Positions 9,221-15,329 of a stretch of DNA of 64,000 nucleotides are shown here, in pieces (the stretch's first letter is position 1; every line of letters begins with the position of its first letter). The translations under genes were made by a program, and so were the position numbers. Source of the stretch: an uncultured Actinomycetes bacterium. GTDB lineage: Bacteria; Actinomycetota; UBA4738; HRBIN12. The notes below the pieces were generated by a model. The model was not told the origin of the DNA and ran no database searches. It saw nothing but the letters and a program-made list of their open reading frames with translations. Where the stretch lies: assembly GCA_963776425.1 (NCBI GenBank), contig CAVZMG010000002.1, positions 952,598 to 1,016,597 on the forward strand, read 5' to 3'.

Positions 9221-9952
9221 ATGGCGCGGCTGCCCCACCTCGAACGGTTCGCGGCCGAGCACGGGCTGAAGATCATCTCGATCGCGGATCTCATCGCCTA
9301 TCGGCGTCAGCACGAGGTTCTGGTGTCGCGGGTCGCCGAGGCGACGATCCCCACGCCCTACGGGGAATTCCGCTCGTATGCGTACGAGAGCGTGGTGGAT
9401 GGAAGGACGCATGTCGCGCTCGTCCTCGGAGCGATCGGAGATGGGGCGGACGTTCTCACGCGTGTGCATTCCGAGTGCCTGACCGGTGATGTCTTCGGAT
9501 CCCTTCGCTGTGATTGCGGAGCCCAGCTCGATCGCGCGATGCAGATCATCGGTGACGAGGGTCGAGGCGTGGTGCTCTATATCCGTGGACACGAGGGCCG
9601 GGCGATCGGGCTGACGCACAAGCTGCGTGCCTATGAGCTCCAGGACCAAGGCCGAGACACGGTCGAGGCCAACATCGAGCTGGGGTTCCCGGCGGATCCG
9701 CGCGACTACGGGATCGGGGCTCAGATCCTCGTCGACCTCGGCGTCCGCACGATGCGACTGCTGACCAACAATCCTGCGAAGCGGGCCGGCCTCGAGGGCT
9801 ACGGTCTGGCGATCGTGGAGCGTCTGCCCATCGAGACGGAGCCGACCTCGCAGAACATCGGGTATCTGCGGGCGAAGCGGGAGAAGATGGGCCATCTCCT
9901 CGAGGGGTTGACCGACCCGACCGTCAGCGTGGGCGGTGCGGAGGAACGATGA
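9221..9952 (+). CDS. ribBA: end of the DHBP synthase domain plus the GTP cyclohydrolase II portion of RibBA (frame 2)
   Basis: [28 protein letters not shown] is the RibB C-terminus. It is followed by [22 protein letters not shown] and LLTNNPAK, which are RibA motifs. Confidence 0.85.
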   Translation: MARLPHLERFAAEHGLKIISIADLIAYRRQHEVLVSRVAEATIPTPYGEFRSYAYESVVDGRTHVALVLGAIGDGADVLTRVHSECLTGDVFGSLRCDCGAQLDRAMQIIGDEGRGVVLYIRGHEGRAIGLTHKLRAYELQDQGRDTVEANIELGFPADPRDYGIGAQILVDLGVRTMRLLTNNPAKRAGLEGYGLAIVERLPIETEPTSQNIGYLRAKREKMGHLLEGLTDPTVSVGGAEER

Positions 9953-10425
9953 GCGTGCTGGAAGGTGAGGTCGCCGGATCCGGCCGGCGGGTTGCCATCA
10001 TCGCGGCCAGGTTCAACGGCGCCATCACCACCAAGCTCGTGGACGGCGCCCTCGCCGCGTTCTCCGCCCATGGGGTGGGGGCGTCGGACGTCGATGTCGC
10101 CTGGGTTCCGGGCGCGTTCGAGATCCCGCTCGTCGCCGGCCGGTTGGCATCTTCTGGTCGCTACGACGGCGTGGTGTGTCTGGGCGCCGTGATCCGAGGA
10201 GAGACCACCCATTTCGAGCTGGTTGCGAACGAGACGGCTCGCGGGATCGCGGCCGTCTCGCGAGAGAGCGGCGTGCCGGTCATCTTCGAGGTGCTCGCGG
10301 TCGACACCCTGCTGCAGGCCGAGGACCGAGCGGGGGGCACTCACGGGAACAAGGGTTGGGAGGCAGCCGAGGCGCTCCTCTCTATGGCTTCGCTGTTGGA
10401 CCGGCTGGCGGTCCTGGAGGCATAA
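9949..10425 (+). CDS. ribH: 6,7-dimethyl-8-ribityllumazine synthase
   Basis: [20 protein letters not shown]...[12 protein letters not shown]...[12 protein letters not shown]. Confidence 0.95.
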   Translation: MSVLEGEVAGSGRRVAIIAARFNGAITTKLVDGALAAFSAHGVGASDVDVAWVPGAFEIPLVAGRLASSGRYDGVVCLGAVIRGETTHFELVANETARGIAAVSRESGVPVIFEVLAVDTLLQAEDRAGGTHGNKGWEAAEALLSMASLLDRLAVLEA

Positions 10426-10427
10426 CG

Positions 10428-10778
10428 GTGATCGTCGACAAGCCGTGGGGCAAGGTCGCCACGTATGCGTTGAACCAACCCTCTTCGGTCCGAGTGATCA
10501 CCGTGGAACCCGGTCAAGAAACGAGCGTGCACTACCACCGGATGCGCGATGAGATGTGGATCGTGTTGGACCCCGGTCTCACGATCGAGATCGGGAACCG
10601 TGTGGCCGAGGCCCAGCCGGGGGAGGAGTTCATGGTGACGGCCGAAGAGACCCATCGGATCCGTTGCGTGGGCCACACCCGTGGGCGCGTCCTCGAGATC
10701 GCGTACGGCTACACGACCGAAGACGATACGCAACGACTCGAGGACGCGTACGGACGCTCGCTCGAGGCCGACTGGTGA
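10428..10778 (+). CDS. small cupin-domain protein (phosphomannose-isomerase-like cupin)
   Basis: KPWG...EPGQETSVHYHRMRDEMWIVL...ETHRI shows the cupin two-motif pattern. GTG 10428 is 2 nt after the ribH stop. The longer track ORF overlaps ribH. Confidence 0.7.
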   Translation: MIVDKPWGKVATYALNQPSSVRVITVEPGQETSVHYHRMRDEMWIVLDPGLTIEIGNRVAEAQPGEEFMVTAEETHRIRCVGHTRGRVLEIAYGYTTEDDTQRLEDAYGRSLEADW

Positions 10779-10809
10779 GGGCTCGTCGACACGACGCCCG
10801 ACCGACCCC

Positions 10810-10815
10810 TATACT
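10810..10815 (+). promoter_or_regulatory. candidate -10 box (TATACT) for the infC-rpmI-rplT leader
   Basis: Same hexamer as upstream of the rib leader. It lies about 100 nt upstream of the IF3 coding frame. Confidence 0.4.
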
Positions 10816-10850
10816 GCCTGCTCAGTCGTAGCAGGACGTGGCATATCAGC

Positions 10851-10877
10851 GCACCGGCTCGCCGGTGCTTGTTCTTC
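10851..10877 (+). terminator. terminator/attenuator-like hairpin in the infC leader
   Basis: gcaccgg-ctcg-ccggtgc (7-bp GC stem) is followed by ttgttcttc. It lies between the candidate promoter and infC. Confidence 0.45.
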
Positions 10878-10912
10878 GAAAGAGGTGATGCGGGGTCTCG
10901 ACCGATCCGAGG

Positions 10913-11449
10913 ATCAACGACCGGATCAGGTCTCCACAGGTCCGACTGGTGGGGGCCGACGGTTCGCAGATCGGGGTGGTTCCCACCCAGGAAGCGCTGC
11001 GCCAGGCTCGGGACCTCGACCTGGATCTCGTGGAGGTCGCGCCGCAAGCCGATCCGCCCGTGTGCCGGATCATGGACTACGGCAAGTACAAGTACGAACG
11101 GGACATCCGGCAGAAGGAAGCTCGCAAGAAGCAGTCGCGGGTCGAAGTGAAAGAGATCAAGTTCCGCCCGAAGATCGATCGACACGACTACGACACCAAG
11201 AAGGGTCACGTCGAACGGTTCCTGCGGGCGGGGGCGAAGGTCAAGATCACGATCATGTTCCGGGGACGGGAGATGGCACACACCGACCTCGGTCGCAAGA
11301 TCTTGGACCGATTGATCGAGGAGCTCGGTGACGGGATCGTCGTCGAGTCGCCGCCGAAGCAGGAAGGACGCAACATGGTGATGGTGATCGGGCCGAGCAG
11401 GAAGCTCGCAGAGCACCACGCCAGCGATGTCGCGTCCGACGAAGGGTGA
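10913..11449 (+). CDS. infC: translation initiation factor IF-3 (start codon uncertain, possibly ATC 10913)
   Basis: INDRIRSPQVRLVGADGSQIGVV...LDLVEVAP...PVCRIMDYGKYKYE...KVKITIMFRGRE. The frame opens after TGA 10886. It has no ATG/GTG/TTG before the conserved N-terminus. IF3 genes classically use atypical starts. Confidence 0.85.
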   Translation: MNDRIRSPQVRLVGADGSQIGVVPTQEALRQARDLDLDLVEVAPQADPPVCRIMDYGKYKYERDIRQKEARKKQSRVEVKEIKFRPKIDRHDYDTKKGHVERFLRAGAKVKITIMFRGREMAHTDLGRKILDRLIEELGDGIVVESPPKQEGRNMVMVIGPSRKLAEHHASDVASDEG

Positions 11450-11454
11450 CCACG

Positions 11455-11646
11455 ATGCCGAAGATGAAGACCAACCGCTCGACCGCCAAGCGGTTCCGGA
11501 TCACCCGGAACGGCAAGTTGCTCCATCGGAAGGCGACGGGCAACCACATGCTGACGAAGAAGAGTTCCAGCCGCCGCCGTCGGGTCGAAGGGATGTCCGA
11601 GGTGCAGGGCGAGCGGAAGAAGATCAAGCGACTGCTGGGAGCCTGA
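11455..11646 (+). CDS. rpmI: 50S ribosomal protein L35
   Basis: MPKMKTNRSTAKRFRITRNGKLLHRKA. Confidence 0.95.
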   Translation: MPKMKTNRSTAKRFRITRNGKLLHRKATGNHMLTKKSSSRRRRVEGMSEVQGERKKIKRLLGA

Positions 11647-11649
11647 CGT

Positions 11650-12015
11650 ATGGCCAGGGTGAAACGATCCGTCCACGCGAAGAAGAAGCGTCGCGAGATC
11701 CTCGAGAAGGCGAAGGGTTACACGGGGAGCCGGAACACGCGCTACCGCGTGGCCAAGGAACAGGTCATGCACTCCGGGAACTACGCCTATCGCGACCGGC
11801 GCGATCGCAAGGCGCAGTTCCGCCGGTTGTGGATCGCGCGCATCAATGCGGCCGTCCGCCCGCATGGACTGTCGTACTCCCGGTTCATCAACGGCCTGAA
11901 GGTCGCGGGGGTCGAGGTGGACCGGAAGATCCTGGCCGATCTCGCCGTCCACGATCCGAGCGCCTTCGCCTCGCTCGTCGAGACGGCGAGGGCGGCCCTT
12001 CCCGTCGCCAGCTGA
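11650..12015 (+). CDS. rplT: 50S ribosomal protein L20
   Basis: [24 protein letters not shown]...[22 protein letters not shown]. Confidence 0.97.
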   Translation: MARVKRSVHAKKKRREILEKAKGYTGSRNTRYRVAKEQVMHSGNYAYRDRRDRKAQFRRLWIARINAAVRPHGLSYSRFINGLKVAGVEVDRKILADLAVHDPSAFASLVETARAALPVAS

Positions 12016-12018
12016 GCG

Positions 12019-12738
12019 TCACACGGGGCCGAGGGTCTCGTCCAGGAACCTGCCGAACATCGATCGCGCGTTCGCACGGATCACCGATCCTTCCTCCTGG
12101 AACGCCTCCAGCATCGGATCGAGGGCGCCTGGGCCGAGGACGCGGTCGGCATAGGCCGCGTACGCCGGGACCGTCGACCACTCCCGAGCCATCTCATCCG
12201 AGACCTCGACGTGGAACTGGACGCCGTACGCCGCCCGGCCCCAACGGAACGCCTGATTCGCGTACGCATCCGAACTGGCGAGGAGCACCGCCCCGTCCGG
12301 AAGGGAGAACGTGTCGCCATGCCACTGCAGCGTCGGGAGCGTGCGCGGCAGGCCTGCGAACACCGGGTCGCGGATCGCAGCGTCGGTGAGCCGAACGGGG
12401 AGCAGCCCGACCTCCGGCGAAGGCCCGGCATAGACGTCGGCCCCGAGCGCGGCCGCGAGGAGCTGCACCCCCAGGCACGCCCCCCAGAACGGGATACCCG
12501 CCCGGACCGCGTCCTCGATCAACGCCTTCTCGTCGCGGAGCCAAGGATGCTCGGCCTCGTCGTTCACGCTCATCGGTCCCCCCATCGCGACGACCACGTC
12601 GAACCCGCGGCCGTCGGCCGGGAGCGGCTCGCCCTCATCGAGCTCGACGCGATGGAGGTCCAGCCCTCGTTCCCGGAGGAGTTCTTCGAACGCTCCCGGC
12701 GGCTCGCACGCGATGTGCTGGAGGATCAGGGCTCGCAT
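12019..12738 (-). CDS. class I glutamine amidotransferase-like protein
   Basis: VVVAMGGPMSVND...PFWGACLGVQLLA (nucleophile elbow GxCxG) ...QFHVE (His/Glu end of the triad). Convergent with rplT, with a 3-nt gap. Confidence 0.85.
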   Translation of the reverse strand: MRALILQHIACEPPGAFEELLRERGLDLHRVELDEGEPLPADGRGFDVVVAMGGPMSVNDEAEHPWLRDEKALIEDAVRAGIPFWGACLGVQLLAAALGADVYAGPSPEVGLLPVRLTDAAIRDPVFAGLPRTLPTLQWHGDTFSLPDGAVLLASSDAYANQAFRWGRAAYGVQFHVEVSDEMAREWSTVPAYAAYADRVLGPGALDPMLEAFQEEGSVIRANARSMFGRFLDETLGPV

Positions 12739-12824
12739 CCCCGGATCGTAACTCCGCAGGTCGTTGCCCGCCCGAGGTCTCCCGGAACCGTAGACTGCGG
12801 ACGTCGCCGACCCGACAGGCCGCC

Positions 12825-14252
12825 GTGCTCACGTCCATCAAGAATCCGAAGATCGCCGCTGCGATCCGCCTGAAGAAACGCACCTTCCGCGCCGAGGATC
12901 GACGGTTCCTGGTGGAGGGTGCGCAGGGCGTACGCGAAGCGCTCGAGGAGCCGGATCGGCTCCAAGCGCTCTTCATCACCGATGACCTCGATGCCCTGGG
13001 TGTTCGCGCGCGACAGCTCGGCATCGACGTCCAAGTCGTGAGCGACGACGTCATGGCGAAGCTGACGTCGACCGTCACGCCCCAGGGGATCGTGGGGGTG
13101 GCGCCGTTCCTCGACGTGCCCTTCGACGAACTGCCGACCGACGGTTGCCTGGTCATCTTGCACGAGGTCCGTGACCCCGGGAACGCCGGAACGGTGCTTC
13201 GATCGGCGGACGCGGCCGGCGCGGGAGCGATCGCCTTCACGGCGAGTTCTGTCGACGTGTACAACCCGAAGACCGTCCGATCGTCGGCGGGCTCCCTCTT
13301 CCACGTACCGGTTACTCGCGAGATCCCGACGGACGGCGCCCTGACGACCGCCCGCGCTCAGGGGCGTCGCATCCTGGGGATGGATGCCGACGGCGAACAC
13401 GATCTCTACGAGGTCGACCTCTCCGGCCCCATCGCGCTGGTCTTCGGGAACGAGGCCCGGGGGCTTCCATCGGAGGTGTTGGCGCTGTGCGATGAGACCG
13501 TCCGTGTGCCTCACCATGGTCGCGCGGAGTCGCTCAACCTGGCCGCCGCCGCGACCGTCTGTCTGTTCGAGTGGGCGAGGCGGTCGAGCGGCGGCGGCAC
13601 GTCGCTCGAGACGATCGTCGCCGCCGCCGCACACGACATCCGTTCACCGCTCACCGCGATGAAGGGCTTCGGGTATGCGCTCGAGAAGCGGTGGGACACC
13701 ATGACGGACGAGCAGCGGACCATGATGCTCCGCGGCATCGTCTACGACGCCGACCGGATGGACACGATCCTCCGTCTCTTGATCGACGCGGGACGGGTCG
13801 CCGCCGGAACCTTGGAGACCTTCCCGGAACGGGTCGACCTCTCGGAGCTCGCGATCGCCATCATCGGCTCGCAGCAGCGTGACCCGGAGCATCCCGAGAT
13901 CCGATGGGGGGGGCGGGGCGACATCGTGCTGACGGACCCAGCCCGCCTGCGCACCGCGATCCTCTCCTTCGTCGAGGCGCTCGTGTGGTGGGGGAGGGAG
14001 GGTGCGATCACGATCGAAGGGAGGAACGAAGGGGATCGACTCATGGTGACGGTGTGGCGAGATGGCACCGAGCTCACCGATGCCGATGTCGAGGCGCTGT
14101 TCGCGGCGAGGCGGCCGGGCACGGGATCGGGGAGCAAGATCGGATTGTTCGTCGCTCGAGGCGTGGCAGAAGCGCAGGGCGGTCGGGCGTGGGGCGAGGT
14201 GGAGGACGGGCGTGTGTCGTTCCACCTCCAGCTCCCGGTGTCGCAGGTCTGA
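12825..14252 (+). CDS. TrmH/SpoU-family RNA 2'-O-methyltransferase fused to a histidine kinase core (HisKA plus a degenerate HATPase)
   Basis: aa 1-255 carry SPOUT motifs: DPGNAGTVLRSADAAGA, LVFGNEARGL and VPHHGRAESLNLAAAATVCLFE. aa 262-475 carry the H-box AAAHDIRSPLTAMKGF and a G2-like GTGSGSKIGLFVARGVAEAQGG. One uninterrupted 475-aa ORF. Confidence 0.8.
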   Translation: MLTSIKNPKIAAAIRLKKRTFRAEDRRFLVEGAQGVREALEEPDRLQALFITDDLDALGVRARQLGIDVQVVSDDVMAKLTSTVTPQGIVGVAPFLDVPFDELPTDGCLVILHEVRDPGNAGTVLRSADAAGAGAIAFTASSVDVYNPKTVRSSAGSLFHVPVTREIPTDGALTTARAQGRRILGMDADGEHDLYEVDLSGPIALVFGNEARGLPSEVLALCDETVRVPHHGRAESLNLAAAATVCLFEWARRSSGGGTSLETIVAAAAHDIRSPLTAMKGFGYALEKRWDTMTDEQRTMMLRGIVYDADRMDTILRLLIDAGRVAAGTLETFPERVDLSELAIAIIGSQQRDPEHPEIRWGGRGDIVLTDPARLRTAILSFVEALVWWGREGAITIEGRNEGDRLMVTVWRDGTELTDADVEALFAARRPGTGSGSKIGLFVARGVAEAQGGRAWGEVEDGRVSFHLQLPVSQV

Positions 14253-14266
14253 CCGAAGGCCGTTGC

Positions 14267-14272
14267 TAGACT
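14267..14272 (+). promoter_or_regulatory. candidate extended -10 box (tgcTAGACT) for pheST
   Basis: Lies 10 nt upstream of ATG 14283, with no SD. Confidence 0.35.
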
Positions 14273-14282
14273 CGGCGACCTG

Positions 14283-15329
14283 ATGAACGCCCAAGACGCA
14301 CGCGCGATCCTCGAGGAAGAGCGGAGCCGCGGCCTCGCCGCGATCGCGGCCGCGACGTCGATCGAAGAGCTGGAGTCCTCGAAGACCGCGGTCCTCGGTC
14401 GTCGGTCACGCTTCTCCGACGTCCAGAAGGCCCTCGGATCGTTCGAACATGAGGACCGGAAGGCGCTGGGAGCAGCTGCGAACGAGGTTCGCACGGCCCT
14501 CCAGGAAGCCGCCGACGACCGCGCGTCGGAGCTGGAGGCGGCCGACGAGGAGCGGCTCCTCGAAGCGGATCGCGTCGACCTCACGCTCCCCGGTCGGCGG
14601 TTCCGCCCGGGATCCCTGCATCCCCTCGCGATCGTTGAGCGTCGCATCATCGAGGTGTTCACCCGGATGGGCTACCGGGTCGTGGAGGGACCCCAGATCG
14701 AGGACGAGTGGCACAACTTCGAGGCGTTGAACATCCCTCAAGACCATCCCGCCCGAACCATGAAGGACTCGCTCTACGTGGACATCCCCGGGCTCGTGCT
14801 CCGGACCGAGACGTCGGCGGCGCAGGTCCGGACGATGGAATCGCAGTCGCCACCCGTCTACATCGTGTCGCCCGGACGCGTGTTCCGCCAGGAGACCCCG
14901 GACACCACGCACCTGCCGGTCTTCCATCAGGTCGAGTGTCTGGCGGTCGACGAGGGCATCTCCTTCGCGGATCTGAAAGGGACACTCGAGACGTTCTCCC
15001 GCGCGATGTTCGGCGGCGATCGGCGCGTCCGACTGAACCCGGACTACTTCCCGTTCGTCGAACCGGGCGCACAGGTGGCGGTCTCCTGCTTCCTCTGCGA
15101 CGGGGTGGGCTGTCGGACCTGTGGCAACGGCTGGATCGAGCTGCTCGGGGCGGGCATGGTGCATCCCAAGGTCCTGGAGAACTGCGGGTACGACAGCGAG
15201 CGCTACACGGGCTTCGCGTTCGGCCTGGGGATCGAACGGGTGGCGATGCTGCAGTACGCGGTCGCGGACATGCGGATGTTCGTCGACGGAGACGTGCGGT
15301 TCCTCGAGCAGTTCGACGGAGTGGCATGA
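14283..15329 (+). CDS. pheS: phenylalanine--tRNA ligase alpha subunit
   Basis: Class II synthetase core: HPARTMKDSLY, LRTETSAAQVR, FRQE and GAGMVHP...GFAFGLGIERVAML. Confidence 0.97.
   Translation: MNAQDARAILEEERSRGLAAIAAATSIEELESSKTAVLGRRSRFSDVQKALGSFEHEDRKALGAAANEVRTALQEAADDRASELEAADEERLLEADRVDLTLPGRRFRPGSLHPLAIVERRIIEVFTRMGYRVVEGPQIEDEWHNFEALNIPQDHPARTMKDSLYVDIPGLVLRTETSAAQVRTMESQSPPVYIVSPGRVFRQETPDTTHLPVFHQVECLAVDEGISFADLKGTLETFSRAMFGGDRRVRLNPDYFPFVEPGAQVAVSCFLCDGVGCRTCGNGWIELLGAGMVHPKVLENCGYDSERYTGFAFGLGIERVAMLQYAVADMRMFVDGDVRFLEQFDGVA

Noticed and set aside
690-9225. Programmed +1 ribosomal frameshifting (prfB-like) at the priA and ribBA breaks.
   Set aside because: Neither site has an in-frame stop at the shift point, a CUU-U-type slippery codon or a suitably spaced internal SD. 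The two sites share no sequence. An indel or gene decay is more parsimonious, and this is kept only as an alternative in the findings.
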